From assembly GCA_965112635.1 (NCBI GenBank), contig OZ218778.1, forward strand, positions 2,720,001 through 2,784,000: a DNA stretch of 64,000 bases, in the 5' to 3' direction. The notes beneath the pieces are model-generated. The model was not told the DNA's origin. It ran no database searches and saw only the letters and a program-made list of their open reading frames with translations. The position numbers and the translations under genes were made by a program. The DNA comes from an uncultured bacterium. GTDB taxonomy: Bacteria > Oederibacteriota > Oederibacteriia > Oederibacteriales > Oederibacteriaceae. Each line of letters starts with the position of its first letter. Positions within the stretch are counted from its first letter, which is position 1. Positions 47,172 through 57,880 of the stretch are shown here, piece by piece.

Positions 47172-48119
47172 TCAGACCACCCGGAGCTTCCTGAAGTCGA
47201 ACCAAAAATCAAACGCCCCCAGGACCGCTACCAAAATGGCTAAAAAAGGCTCCAGCATGATCACCACTAAAAGCATAACGGTCCAAAAAAAGGACCGCTG
47301 CCATTTCTGAAAAAAGAAAGCAGCAATAGCCATACCCATCATAAAATAAATCGACGCAAAAGTCGTCAAAAGATTCACGCTCAGGTTCGTCAAAAAGGTC
47401 ACTTTCAGATACGACGCGGCAAAGTAAAGGAAAAAACTGACGATAAAAACCCAAATCCAAAGGTCCGGCACCTTCCATTCCGTAAAAGGGGCAAAATCCC
47501 CGTCGAACCAGTCAACCCTTTTCAGGTATTTCGCGACTAGGCTGTAATTGAACCAGCTGATGGTCAGGGTAAAACTAAAAAGGAGCGCAGGGACCGTGAT
47601 CCTGATATATTCCAGGGTGTTCTCACACAATTCTCTGGCCATCCCCACCTTGGCCGCGTCCCCGCCGTTGTCCTGATAGGTCTTGATAGCGCTTTCCATC
47701 CATGTCCGCAACTGGGACAGGCTTGAACCGACGACATCCGCGTGAAAAAGCCTGGGTGAATAAATCAGCAGAACATAGATCAGGACAAAACTGATCAGGC
47801 TGCCGCTGAAAACCGCCTGGTTAAGGCTCCCGCGTCTGCGGATGACCAGCCCCAAGCAGGTAATGATGGGCAAAAACCCCAGGATCCAGATGAGCGTGTC
47901 CAGGGGGCCCGCCAAAAAAGTGACGACGGCCACGCTGACCGCTCCTCCCACGCTGCCCCATCCAAAACCGTACCGCACAAGAAGGATCAGCAGGGGCAAT
48001 GGGATGAACAAGACCACAAAAACGGCCGTGCCCGGGAAATGCAGGCCATAGGCGAGGAATGCGGAAGCCAGGCCTCCCAAAACGCTATCCTTTACTTTAA
48101 GCCAGAACGTTTGTTCCAT
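47172..48119 (-). CDS. DUF2232/YybS family membrane protein
   Basis: Multi-TM; F.EW..P and C-terminal G.FD.WFDFR; canonical position between rpsR and rplI. Confidence 0.9.
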   Translation of the reverse strand: MEQTFWLKVKDSVLGGLASAFLAYGLHFPGTAVFVVLFIPLPLLILLVRYGFGWGSVGGAVSVAVVTFLAGPLDTLIWILGFLPIITCLGLVIRRRGSLNQAVFSGSLISFVLIYVLLIYSPRLFHADVVGSSLSQLRTWMESAIKTYQDNGGDAAKVGMARELCENTLEYIRITVPALLFSFTLTISWFNYSLVAKYLKRVDWFDGDFAPFTEWKVPDLWIWVFIVSFFLYFAASYLKVTFLTNLSVNLLTTFASIYFMMGMAIAAFFFQKWQRSFFWTVMLLVVIMLEPFLAILVAVLGAFDFWFDFRKLRVV

Positions 48120-48201
48120 GATAGGTCCCGGTTTCCCTCAGAAGTTTTACGTAACGGATTGCCGGTGGAATGACTGCGGCCAGAGATTCAATGACGATGG
48201 A

Positions 48202-48504
48202 CTATTCGGCGGTGTAGGCAAGCAACGCTACGTTCCTGCCCCTTTTGATGGCCCTGGTCAGCTGCCTCTGATGCTTGGCGCAATTGCCCGTGACCCGCCG
48301 GGGAACAATCTTCCCCCGCTCGGAAAGGAAAGTCCTCAGCCTCGCAAAGTCCTTAAAGTCAATATGGACGACCTTCTCAGCGCAAAACCGACAGACCTTT
48401 TTCCGTTTGCGCTTAGGCTCTATGAAATCGAGGTCTTCCCTGCCCTTAGGCCTTCTTTTTTTGAACGGTTTCTTACCTTTTTTTATAGGCGGCACTTTAT
48501 TCAT
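48202..48504 (-). CDS. rpsR: 30S ribosomal protein S18
   Basis: [27 protein letters not shown]. Confidence 0.97.
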   Translation of the reverse strand: MNKVPPIKKGKKPFKKRRPKGREDLDFIEPKRKRKKVCRFCAEKVVHIDFKDFARLRTFLSERGKIVPRRVTGNCAKHQRQLTRAIKRGRNVALLAYTAE

Positions 48505-48510
48505 CCTTCT

Positions 48511-48939
48511 TTAGAAGGGGACTTCTTCCCCTTCAGTTTCTGTAGATGTTTCAACTGCTGGCGTACCTTCAGACGCTGGGGCCGGCGCTTCGCTCGCCTG
48601 TGCACCCTTGATCTTCCCGATGAACTGCACCCTGAGCGCCACGACCTCGAGGATGTTGTGCTTCTTGCCGTCTTCCGATTCCCAGCTCCGGCTCTGCAGA
48701 CGGCCTTCCACAAAGATTGGGCTGCCCTTGACCAAATACTGGCCGCAGCTCTCGGCCTGCTTGCCCCACACCACCACGTTGAGGTAACAAACGTCCTCTT
48801 TCTGCTCGCCTGTGGCGGATTTATAAGTATGGTTGATCGCCATCCTCAGGTTGGCGACCGGCGACCCACCCGCGGTGTATCTGAGTTCCGGGTCCTTGGT
48901 CAGATTACCCATCAAAAGGACCTTGTTCAAGTTAGCCAC
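48511..48939 (-). CDS. ssb: Single-stranded DNA-binding protein
   Basis: NKVLLMGNLTKDPELRYT, VEGRLQ, acidic EEVPF tail; GTG start after GGAGG. Confidence 0.97.
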   Translation of the reverse strand: MANLNKVLLMGNLTKDPELRYTAGGSPVANLRMAINHTYKSATGEQKEDVCYLNVVVWGKQAESCGQYLVKGSPIFVEGRLQSRSWESEDGKKHNILEVVALRVQFIGKIKGAQASEAPAPASEGTPAVETSTETEGEEVPF

Positions 48940-48978
48940 CGTGCCCTCCTTCAACTTCCCAAAACTGGCCTTGAGATA

Positions 48979-49347
48979 TTACGCCTTGACCGCCGCTGGC
49001 CTCGGAACCTCTTTCTTTTTCTTCTTCTTCGACAGCTTGGCGGGGATCTTCTTGACCTTGATGACCTTGACCGTCATGTTCTGCAAAATCTCTTCGGTCA
49101 CCCGGCAGGTGCCGCCCAGCTCCGCGATGGTCTGGGGGGAAGAGGTCTTGAATAAAAAGAAGAAAAAGTTCCCTTCCTTTTGCCCATTGACCTCATAGCT
49201 GAACTTGCGCTTGCCCCATTTATCGGCCTTTTCGATGGTCCCGCCGTTTTGGGTGATGATCTGGCTCAGCTTGTCGATCAGCTTGGCCGCTTTTTCGTCC
49301 TCCACTCTCGGGTCCAACGCGATGATGCTTTCGTAATAGTTTTCCAT
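48979..49347 (-). CDS. rpsF: 30S ribosomal protein S6
   Basis: YE...DP, WGKRKFSYEV, EG; upstream of ssb-rpsR. Confidence 0.95.
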   Translation of the reverse strand: MENYYESIIALDPRVEDEKAAKLIDKLSQIITQNGGTIEKADKWGKRKFSYEVNGQKEGNFFFFLFKTSSPQTIAELGGTCRVTEEILQNMTVKVIKVKKIPAKLSKKKKKKEVPRPAAVKA

Positions 49348-49363
49348 TTCTCTCTCTTCCCTT

Positions 49364-49897
49364 CTAAAATCGGTTCTGAACCAGCAATATCGGCTGGCCT
49401 TGCGGCCCCAAGCCGATGGTCGGGGTCAGATGATGCTCCTGATTATATTCCTCGGCCGCGATGGGCGCGTGCAAAAAATCCGCCGCCCAAGTGATCAAAA
49501 AGACCGCCGACGCCCCCCAGATGATATTGGCCCCGCTGGATTTGTCCCACGCCCAGATGCTGCCGATGGCTCCGCTTTGCACATCGTCAGCGGCCTGCCT
49601 CAGCCCGTAACCCAGCATGGCCAGGGACACCATTTCACCGCCGAATAAAGCGTATCCGGTCCTCAGGTCGTCCGCCATAACATGTCCAAGTCCGTGCACG
49701 ACAAACCCCGGGATCACAGCGACCATGAACACATTTTCCGGGGCCCTATAAGTGAACTCGGCCTGGGTCTGGGGCGCTTTGGTCTCGGATTGCTCTTCTT
49801 CAGTGGCCTCGAATCCCGCGGCCCAAACAGGAAGGGTGGCCATAAAACCCGCGATAACGAACCCAGCGATTCCCACCCCTATTTTGGCCCAATTCAT
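49364..49897 (-). CDS. Hypothetical exported/membrane protein
   Basis: Signal peptide; PG..HGLGH then hydrophobic helices. Confidence 0.7.
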   Translation of the reverse strand: MNWAKIGVGIAGFVIAGFMATLPVWAAGFEATEEEQSETKAPQTQAEFTYRAPENVFMVAVIPGFVVHGLGHVMADDLRTGYALFGGEMVSLAMLGYGLRQAADDVQSGAIGSIWAWDKSSGANIIWGASAVFLITWAADFLHAPIAAEEYNQEHHLTPTIGLGPQGQPILLVQNRF

Positions 49898-50017
49898 TTT
49901 TTCTCCAATATCTGCAACGACAAAATCAACTATTTATCTATGCAATTCGGTTGAGGGTGCAAAAATATCATACTTCTTAACCCCTGTCAACCAATACCCC
50001 CAAACTTGTGCTAACGA

Positions 50018-51289
50018 TCAAAAAAGTTCTATCTGGCCGGCATTTTTCTTTTTTTTCGAGCTCAAGCCCGCGCTCCGCTTGCTTTCCTCAAAGATCAGGA
50101 CCTTGCCGTATTCCCCGTCAAAACCGGGGATTATGTCGATATTCCCTTCCCTGACCCGGCGGATCCCTTCCAAAACCTTGGGCGGCACCGCCTTGGCCGC
50201 CTGTTCCAGGCTCATTTCCAGCAAAAGGTCCAGCTCCGAGATCCCGTGGCTGAGGATTTCCTCGTAGCATCTGCCCGCCTTGACCGAGGTAGGACCGGTG
50301 CCCAGGGCCTCCGCGATGATCTCGATCAACTGGACGCTGTGCTTCTGGGGTACAAAGCGCTCGTCGCTAAAATCCCACGGCCGGTCGGCCAGCTCCTCCA
50401 CCCTGTGCAGGACCCCAAGGGTCAAGGGTTTGTAACAGCGGGGACACCGATTTTGTTTTTCTTTGGATTCCCGCGGATGCAGGGATACTCCGCAATCCTT
50501 GTGCCCGTCGTAATGGTACCTGCCCTCGTCCGGGTAATATTCTATGGTACAGAGGAACTGTTTCCTGTCGTTGCTCTTGATCGCCCTTACGATCCCCTCG
50601 TAGCTCAGTTTGCAATCCAGGACATTGGCCTCCCGGCCCAGACGGCTGGGCGAATGGCTGTCCGAATTGGAGATCAGAGCCACGTGATCCAGGGCGGAAA
50701 GCCGGCGGTTCATGGTCATGTCCGAGGACAGGCCCGTCTCGATGGCGTAAATGTGCTTGGCCTCCTCCTCGAAACATTCTTCCAGGGAGTCGAACCCGGA
50801 TTTGGAACCAAAAACGGCGAACCAGGGCGTCCAGGCATGGGCCGGCACCAGGAAACAGCGGTCGTCGATGCCCAGGACGATCTTGACCAGCTCTTTGACC
50901 GGCAGTCCCAGGATAGGCCGTCCGTCCGAGGCGATATTTCCCCTGCTGGCCAGCTCCTTGTTGATCTTTTCCACCGAGGCGAGATCTGGCGCGAAAATAA
51001 GGGTGTGGACCCGGCGCGTCTTGCCTCCCTGGGAATAGATGCTACTGATCTCGCTGGTCAGCATGAAGTGGGTGCCACAGCCCCCTTTTTTCAGGAGATA
51101 CAGGCCGTCCGGCCCCTCTTTGAGTTTGCTTTTGAGCAGCTTGAAATATTCCGGGTGGGTGAAGTCGCCGGTCCCCAGCACCTGGATCCCCTTTTTCCTG
51201 GCCCAGGGGTCCATGCTCTCCACTTCCATGAGCGGGCTGGTGGCGCGGCTGAACTTGGAATGCACGTGCAGGTCGGCGATGATCTTCAT
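50018..51289 (-). CDS. Endonuclease Q-like PHP-domain protein (TIGR00375/YqxK)
   Basis: ADLHVHSKFS, GTGDFTHP, PAHAWTPW, ETGLSSD, SNSDSHS, GRYHYDGH, CPRC, PGFDGEYG; start at MKIIAD. Confidence 0.92.
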   Translation of the reverse strand: MKIIADLHVHSKFSRATSPLMEVESMDPWARKKGIQVLGTGDFTHPEYFKLLKSKLKEGPDGLYLLKKGGCGTHFMLTSEISSIYSQGGKTRRVHTLIFAPDLASVEKINKELASRGNIASDGRPILGLPVKELVKIVLGIDDRCFLVPAHAWTPWFAVFGSKSGFDSLEECFEEEAKHIYAIETGLSSDMTMNRRLSALDHVALISNSDSHSPSRLGREANVLDCKLSYEGIVRAIKSNDRKQFLCTIEYYPDEGRYHYDGHKDCGVSLHPRESKEKQNRCPRCYKPLTLGVLHRVEELADRPWDFSDERFVPQKHSVQLIEIIAEALGTGPTSVKAGRCYEEILSHGISELDLLLEMSLEQAAKAVPPKVLEGIRRVREGNIDIIPGFDGEYGKVLIFEESKRSAGLSSKKKKNAGQIELF

Positions 51290-51341
51290 AGGCGTGGCCG
51301 TGCTCTCAGAGGACCCTCCGGATTTGTCCCTTCCATCCTGA

Positions 51342-53759
51342 TTACAGGACGACCTTGATCTTGAGGTCCAGCCCCAGGGACTCAAAGGCCTTGACCCATT
51401 TCTTCGCTTCGCTGTCCCCGCAATCGGCCTGGAGCTTGGTCGGCTTGTAGACCTCTTGCCATACCTCGTAATAAATGTTCTGGGCTTCCCACAGGTTGAG
51501 CTCCAGGTTGATGGACCTGAGCAGGCGCAGGATGTTCTGCATTTCGTTGAAAAGAGCCGTGTTTTCCGAGTGTTCCTTGATCTTTTTCATGAAATTGTTG
51601 ATCCAGCCGCTGGCCACGAAGCCCAGGGCTTTGACCCCGACCTTGAGGTTCCATTTTTGGGCCTCTTTGATGAGCTTTTCCAGCCTGGCGGTGTCGATCC
51701 GCTCCGTATCAAAAAGTTTTTTGAGGTCCCGATTGACCACTTCTTCGATGGATACGAAGAACTGGCTGGGAAGCGGGATGCGCAGGGACTGGAAGAAGTT
51801 CATGATGGCGTAATTGTCCTCGTAGATATGGCGGTAGGTGTCCTCGATCTCGTCGTAGGTCATCTGCAGGATCTGGTTAATGATCTTCCGCTGCTCGTCC
51901 GTGAACAGATGGCTGATGGAATAATTGTTGTAGCCGAAATGTTTGTCCATGAGCCGGATGACGTCGGACACGTCCCCTTTTTCGTAGGCGTTCTGCATGT
52001 CCTCTTTCATCGCCGTGAACTCCGCGTCCCCCTTGAACTTCCTGACCCCCGCGTTGATGTTATGGTCGCCCAGATGCAGGACCGCGTAATCAATGACTTC
52101 CTCGTTGAGGGTGATCTGGGACATGATCCGGGACTTGCCGATGGCCAGGCGGGACCTTCCGGCCCCCAGGCTGAAATACGACTCCTGCTTGGCCCGGTAA
52201 CAAAAGCTCTCCTCCGCGTGGCCTTCGCTGAAAAGGGCCGTGATGGCGTAATGCGCCCCGACCCGGAACAGGTCGGCCATGGCCGGCTTGGCGTACATCT
52301 CGTAGGCCTTGGCCCCGCTGGGGACAAGATTGCTGGGCGCTTTCTCCAGGTCCTTGACGAACTCCCCTTCCAGATTGACCCCCTGGATCTCCTCAATGAG
52401 GTGCATCACCCGGGCGGCGTACTGCATCACCTGCACGGTCTCGATGCCCGAGATCTCGTCGAAGAACCAGCCGCAGCTGGTGAACATGAGCATGGCGTTC
52501 CGTTGCATCTCCATCAATCTCATGGCCAGCGTCTTTTCGTCGCGGGTAAGCTCCTTGAGCGCGTTCTCCTGGAGGAACTTATCCACCTGCGCCTCATTGC
52601 GGTCCAAAATGACCTCGATATACCTGTCCCGGGCCTGCCAGGGGTCTTTAAAAAGCTTGGCGCTTTCCTGGACAAAAAGGATCACCCCGTAATCCCTGAG
52701 CCAATTGAGGGCCTCCCGGAGGGGTTTGCGCCACTCCTGGGTCCAGCCCGGATGCATTCCCGAGTTGCATCCGCAGTTATCCCGCCACCGTTCCACGCCG
52801 TGGGCGCAGCTCCAGGAAGAGTTCTCCAGGATCTCCGCCTGGAACTGCGGGGGATGTTTTTCCAGGTATTCGCCGTAATTGGTCAGCCGGGCCAGGTTGT
52901 TGGACTCGATGAAATGCAGGCAATAGGTCAGGGCCATCTCGCCGAACTGGTGGTGGTGGCCGTAAGTTTCGCCGTCCGTGGCGATATTGGAGATCTGCGG
53001 CTCATCCTCCCGGTTGAGGACCCCCAGTAGCCTCCTGGCGAAATTTTCCCCGTTGTTCAAAAGATCGCCGAACGCCACCTCATGGGAGATGTTGCCGTCG
53101 TAAAAGAACAGGTTGATGGTCTTGCCGGAGGGGAGCACGCACCGGTAGGCCCTCGTGGTATCGATCTGGCCGTTCTTGACCTCGGCCCATTCCCCGCCGG
53201 AAAGGGGCTTGACCCTCCTGGCCTGATGCGGGGCCAGCACCGTAAAAAGGACCCCCCGCTCCGCCAGCATCTCCAGGGATTCGGTGTCCACCGCCGTTTC
53301 CGGGAGCCAGATGCCTTCCGTCTCCCGGCCGAACCTCTTTTTGAAATCATACAGTCCCCAGTTGATCTGGGAAGCCTTGTCCCGGTGGTTGGCCAGAGGC
53401 AGGATCATGTGATTATAGACCTGGGCCATGGCTGACCCGTGTCCGGAGAACTTTTTCATGGAAAGTTTGTCGGCCTCCAGGATGGCCTCGTAAATGACCG
53501 GCTGGTGCTTTGCCATCCAGGACAACAAAGTGGGCCCGAAATTGAAGCTCATCTTGGAATAGTTGTTGATGATGCCGATGACGCGCTTTTCGTTGTCCAG
53601 GATCCTGGAAGCGGCGTTGGTCCCGTAGCATTCGGCCGTGATCCGGTCGTTCCAGTCATGGTAGGGATAGGCGGAATCCTGCAATTCCACCTCTTCCAGC
53701 CAGGGATTTTCTCTGGGCGGTTGGTAAAAATGGCCGTGGATACAAACGTATTTTTCCAA
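51342..53759 (-). CDS. GH57 family protein with DUF3536
   Basis: HGHFYQPPRENPW, WLPETAVD, TDGETYGHH, SWSCAHGVERW, MFTSCGWFFD. Confidence 0.95.
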   Translation of the reverse strand: MEKYVCIHGHFYQPPRENPWLEEVELQDSAYPYHDWNDRITAECYGTNAASRILDNEKRVIGIINNYSKMSFNFGPTLLSWMAKHQPVIYEAILEADKLSMKKFSGHGSAMAQVYNHMILPLANHRDKASQINWGLYDFKKRFGRETEGIWLPETAVDTESLEMLAERGVLFTVLAPHQARRVKPLSGGEWAEVKNGQIDTTRAYRCVLPSGKTINLFFYDGNISHEVAFGDLLNNGENFARRLLGVLNREDEPQISNIATDGETYGHHHQFGEMALTYCLHFIESNNLARLTNYGEYLEKHPPQFQAEILENSSWSCAHGVERWRDNCGCNSGMHPGWTQEWRKPLREALNWLRDYGVILFVQESAKLFKDPWQARDRYIEVILDRNEAQVDKFLQENALKELTRDEKTLAMRLMEMQRNAMLMFTSCGWFFDEISGIETVQVMQYAARVMHLIEEIQGVNLEGEFVKDLEKAPSNLVPSGAKAYEMYAKPAMADLFRVGAHYAITALFSEGHAEESFCYRAKQESYFSLGAGRSRLAIGKSRIMSQITLNEEVIDYAVLHLGDHNINAGVRKFKGDAEFTAMKEDMQNAYEKGDVSDVIRLMDKHFGYNNYSISHLFTDEQRKIINQILQMTYDEIEDTYRHIYEDNYAIMNFFQSLRIPLPSQFFVSIEEVVNRDLKKLFDTERIDTARLEKLIKEAQKWNLKVGVKALGFVASGWINNFMKKIKEHSENTALFNEMQNILRLLRSINLELNLWEAQNIYYEVWQEVYKPTKLQADCGDSEAKKWVKAFESLGLDLKIKVVL

Positions 53760-53790
53760 TTAATGCTCCTAGAACACAAGGAATATGCGT

Positions 53791-53826
53791 AAAAAAATAG
53801 GGTAGAGGCACAAGCCTGCTACCCTT
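53791..53826 (-). terminator. Rho-independent terminator after the MarC gene
   Basis: Minus strand AGGGTAGCAGGC-TTGT-GCCTCTACCCT-ATTTTTTT. Confidence 0.65.
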
Positions 53827-53883
53827 AAATTAACACGCATTTTAGCACACGGCCCCGTGGCCCGCAAGACGAGGAGTCGGAGC

Positions 53884-54477
53884 TCATTTCCCGTAGTTGA
53901 GGATGCCGGTCATGATAAATTTCACGGCGATGGCCGCCAGGATCAGGTACATGATCTTGGAAATGAGCTTGGCCCCAAAATCTCCCAGTACTCTGAAAAG
54001 GGGGACCATGAAACGCAGGGCGAGCCAGACCATGAAAAAAACCAGGAACACGATGAAAGCCGCCATGCCCAATCCGTCCTTTTGCTGGAGTAAAAGCGCC
54101 GTGACGATCGCGCCCGGTCCCACGAGCAGCGGGAACGCCAGCGGCACCGCGCTGATCTCCGGTGTGGTCTGGCGCTCCACCTCGGCGCGGGAATAGAGCC
54201 TGAAGACCAGGCTGCGGATGGATAGGACCAAAAGGATCACCCCGCCTGCTATTTTAATATCGTTGAAGCTGATGTGGATGGCGTCCAGCAACTCCTGGCC
54301 CAGCAGGGTGAAAGCGAGGAGGATGATGAGCCCTATAAGCGGAGCCAGGTTGAGGGTGGCGGCTTTCTTCTTGGCGGACCAGTTGGCCATGAGGTCCATG
54401 AATACGGGAAAATTCCCTATAGGGTTGACGATGGCGAACAGGGTGAGCACGTCAGCTAAAAATTCGCGTAGTTCCAA
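53884..54477 (-). CDS. MarC family membrane protein
   Basis: LFAIVNPIG, IAGG, VPLAFPLLVGPGAI. Confidence 0.95.
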   Translation of the reverse strand: MELREFLADVLTLFAIVNPIGNFPVFMDLMANWSAKKKAATLNLAPLIGLIILLAFTLLGQELLDAIHISFNDIKIAGGVILLVLSIRSLVFRLYSRAEVERQTTPEISAVPLAFPLLVGPGAIVTALLLQQKDGLGMAAFIVFLVFFMVWLALRFMVPLFRVLGDFGAKLISKIMYLILAAIAVKFIMTGILNYGK

Positions 54478-54499
54478 ATCCTAACCTCCCCAAGCCCGC

Positions 54500-55024
54500 T
54501 CAATCCCTTTTAAAAGGCTCGATATCCACGTCCAGGTTGAGCTTATCGCAGAGTTTGACCAGACTGTCCTTGAACTCCCTGAACGAAGTGTTCCCAGGAA
54601 CTTCGGCGACGATGTGCATGTTGAATATTTCCGTTCCCGAGTGCGGGGCCGGGGCGATCCAGGTCTCCATGCTGGCCACGTTGGCGCCCTGCGTCTTGAG
54701 GTGGTGGGTGATCGAGCGCACCAAACCCGGCGCGTCGTTGCCCATGATCCGGATGGCGTATTCGAAACGGTCCTCAGAGAGGCTCCGCTGGCTGACTTCC
54801 TTGACCTGCGCGGCCAGGCTCTTGATGCCGTTGACCTCCGCCGTCAGCCCGGCCAGGTTGGAGGCCTCTCCCGCTATCAGCATCAGCACCGAAAAATGGT
54901 CTCCCAGGATGGCCATGCGCGAGTCGGAGATGTTGAAATGGTTCTTGAACACGCTGCTGCTCAGCTCATCGACCAGCCCTTTGCGGTCCGGCCCGAAAGC
55001 GCTGATAATATAGTGGTTGGCCAC
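54500..55024 (-). CDS. Double ACT-domain protein (GcvR-like)
   Basis: GPDRKGLV...NISDSRM and GNDAPGLV...NVASM. Confidence 0.9.
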   Translation of the reverse strand: MANHYIISAFGPDRKGLVDELSSSVFKNHFNISDSRMAILGDHFSVLMLIAGEASNLAGLTAEVNGIKSLAAQVKEVSQRSLSEDRFEYAIRIMGNDAPGLVRSITHHLKTQGANVASMETWIAPAPHSGTEIFNMHIVAEVPGNTSFREFKDSLVKLCDKLNLDVDIEPFKRD

Positions 55025-55166
55025 TAAAACTCCTTGCTCGCAAAAGTTTGTTCAGGCCTGTTAACAGACTCAACTCTACCATAATGTATTTCCCCTGAAA
55101 AGAAGCCCTTACCCGCTTTTGAACAAATCTCCTGCCATAGAACGGGTTTTGGGATAGAATAACCAC

Positions 55167-57812
55167 ATGCAAAAAAATAGACTGCTTAAAATCTTTTTCC
55201 TCGGGTTCGCTCTGCTATGGATCCTTTCCTTATTCCTTGAGGCCCAGACCACCTATGCCCCGGCTATGTTCCCATTTGTCATTCCCTGGGATGACGCAAG
55301 TATGACAATCACCGATGTTTCTTCCTTAAACCCCGCTCCCCTGACCGAGCAGAGCCGGGTTGTGGCCAAAAACAGCCACTTTTTCGACCAGACTGGCCGC
55401 CGGGTGAAATTTTTAGGTACCAACTTCACCTTTAACGCAAACTTCCCGAATAAACCGGACGCGGAAAAAGTCGTGGCCCGTCTCCACAAGTACGGGTTCA
55501 ATATGGTCCGTATGCACCATATGGACTCCCGCAAGGCGCCCTTTGGGCTCTGGGACAAAGCTTTTCCGGACACCCAGCATCTGGACAAGGACCAGCTCGA
55601 CCGCATGGACTATCTAATTTCCCAGTTCAAAAAACAGGGTATTTATGTGGACCTCAACCTGCACGTGGGCAGGGAGTTCAACAAGGCGGACGGTTTTCCG
55701 GACACGGACAAGCTGCCCCGCCACAGCAACATCGTGACCTACTTTGACCCAAAGATGATCCAATGCCAAAAAGATTACGCCCGCGACCTGCTGACCCATT
55801 TCAACCCCTACACCAACTCTAAATATATCGATGAGCCGACCGTGGCCCTCATAGAGATAGACAACGAGGACACTTTGCTGGGCGCCGCCCAGAGCAAAAA
55901 CCTTTCCAGCCTCCCTCCTTATTATCTTGGCGCGCTCACCTGGCAGTGGAACGACTGGCTTATAAAAAAATACAAAAATACAGCGGCCCTTAAAAAATCC
56001 TGGAACATGCAAAGCGAAACAGGCCAGCCCAACCTTCTCGCCAACGCGAACTTCTCCCAGAGTGCCAACTCCTGGCATCTGGAAAAACACGCCGTTGCCC
56101 AGGCCCAGCTCAGCGTAGAGGACATTCCGGGGTCTGATCAAGTCCCGCTCGGCAAAGCCGCCCATATCGCCATCACCCAGCTGAGCGATGCGACCTGGCA
56201 CATCCAGTTCAACCAAAGCGGCCTTGACCTCAGCCAGGGCCAGGCCTACACCCTCTCCTTTTGGGCCAGGTCCGCAGCTCCCCTGACCATGCAGCTTTTC
56301 GCGGGTCTGGATAAGGAGCCGTGGGGCCACATCGGACTGGATGAAACAGTCAATCTCACCGGCGAGTGGAAAAAATATGTTTATTATTTCACCCCGGACA
56401 AGCCCCAGCCCAACCACAACCGCCTCAGCTTTGTCCTGGGCGGCGTTTTGGGACAGGTTTGGTTCGCCGACTTCCGCCTGATGAAAGGCTCCATCATCCC
56501 TAGAGAGGCTCATTGGTCCCTGCAGGCCAAGAATCTTGAACTGCCGGTTTCCTCCCTGTCCAGGCAGGGCCTGGACTACACCGCCTTTCTGGTGGAAATG
56601 GAAAAGCGCTACAGCCAGGGCATGCGGGATTATATAAAGAAGGAGCTTAAGGCCAAAGCTATGGTCACCTGCTCGCAGGCCAGCTATGGCGGCCTGGGTG
56701 GAGTTGATCGGGAATCCCAAATGGACTATGTGGACATGCACGCCTACTGGCAGCATCCCCGTTTCCCCCATAAACCCTGGGACCCTGTGGACTGGAACAT
56801 ACTTAACACCGCCATGGCCAAGGACGCTTCCGGAGGCACGCTCTGGCGTTTGGCTGCCTACCGTGTGGAAGGAAAGCCTTTTACGGTCAGCGAATACAAC
56901 CATCCCGCACCCAGCGACTACGCCTGTGAAGGCCTGCCCATGCTGGCGTCTTTTGCCTTGCAGCAGGATTGGGACGGCATCTTTTTGTTCGATTACAACG
57001 GTGACAGGACCAAGTGGAATAGCGATAAAATAAAAGGGTATTTCGATATCGACACCAACCCCGGCAAGATCGCCTTTATGCCCAGCGCGGCCAGGATATT
57101 TTTGGGAAGCGACTCAGCGGCCCAGCCATCCGCCAAAAAAGTTTTGGTCATTCCCACCGACAATCTCATCGAGCTTATTGCAGGCCAGGGTAAAAAAATG
57201 GAAGACCTTTGGCAAAGCCAAAATACATCCTGGACGGACACGCTCACCAGCCAGCTTTTCATCCGTCTTGTCTCCGCCAAAGGCTCACCGACCGTTGAGA
57301 CTACTGGTCCCGCTGTTGAGCTTTCCAGTCAGCCCGTTAACCTGGCCTGGCAGGACGGCCTCTATAGCTTTGATAACCCGGTCTCACAGGGCATCATTGG
57401 TTTCCCAGCTACGCGTACCGCTACCAGCAGCCCCCTGTCCATTACATCCGCAGACGCTAATTTTCTTACTTTAGTTTTAGCTAGTATGGACGGCCAGCCT
57501 GTCCGTCAATCCCACTCCCTTCTTTTGACCGCGGCGGGTAAAGTGGAGAACCAGAACATGGGCTGGAATGCGGACAGGACTTCGGTTGGCCGGGATTGGG
57601 GTATTGGCCCTACCCTGTGCCAGGGTATTAACGCCGAGGTGAGCCTTGAGACCGAGGCGGCCGCAGCCAAAGTCTACGCTCTGGACTCGACCGGCCAGCG
57701 CCTGAACACCGTCCCCTGCAGACTGGAGAACAAGCGCCTTTCCTTCCGCCTCACCCCGGATTACAAAACAGTTTGGTTCGAGATCCAAAGCTCTGCAACT
57801 TCCCCGCAGTAA
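55167..57812 (+). CDS. Secreted GH5-like glycoside hydrolase with inserted CBM4/9-like module
   Basis: Signal peptide; G.NMVRMHHMD, GIYVDLNLH, EIDNE, HAYWQHP, VSEYNHP; insert with WHIQF, YTLSFWA, WFADF. Confidence 0.9.
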   Translation: MQKNRLLKIFFLGFALLWILSLFLEAQTTYAPAMFPFVIPWDDASMTITDVSSLNPAPLTEQSRVVAKNSHFFDQTGRRVKFLGTNFTFNANFPNKPDAEKVVARLHKYGFNMVRMHHMDSRKAPFGLWDKAFPDTQHLDKDQLDRMDYLISQFKKQGIYVDLNLHVGREFNKADGFPDTDKLPRHSNIVTYFDPKMIQCQKDYARDLLTHFNPYTNSKYIDEPTVALIEIDNEDTLLGAAQSKNLSSLPPYYLGALTWQWNDWLIKKYKNTAALKKSWNMQSETGQPNLLANANFSQSANSWHLEKHAVAQAQLSVEDIPGSDQVPLGKAAHIAITQLSDATWHIQFNQSGLDLSQGQAYTLSFWARSAAPLTMQLFAGLDKEPWGHIGLDETVNLTGEWKKYVYYFTPDKPQPNHNRLSFVLGGVLGQVWFADFRLMKGSIIPREAHWSLQAKNLELPVSSLSRQGLDYTAFLVEMEKRYSQGMRDYIKKELKAKAMVTCSQASYGGLGGVDRESQMDYVDMHAYWQHPRFPHKPWDPVDWNILNTAMAKDASGGTLWRLAAYRVEGKPFTVSEYNHPAPSDYACEGLPMLASFALQQDWDGIFLFDYNGDRTKWNSDKIKGYFDIDTNPGKIAFMPSAARIFLGSDSAAQPSAKKVLVIPTDNLIELIAGQGKKMEDLWQSQNTSWTDTLTSQLFIRLVSAKGSPTVETTGPAVELSSQPVNLAWQDGLYSFDNPVSQGIIGFPATRTATSSPLSITSADANFLTLVLASMDGQPVRQSHSLLLTAAGKVENQNMGWNADRTSVGRDWGIGPTLCQGINAEVSLETEAAAAKVYALDSTGQRLNTVPCRLENKRLSFRLTPDYKTVWFEIQSSATSPQ

Positions 57813-57880
57813 AAGAAAAAAGCCCGGGACATGACCCCCAGGCCTTTTTATAATCGGTTCCTATTTTGTTCTAAGGTAAC

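Noticed and set aside
49348-49363. S6:S18 leader RNA upstream of rpsF
   Set aside because: Only 16 nt intergenic; no convincing hairpin with a CCC motif
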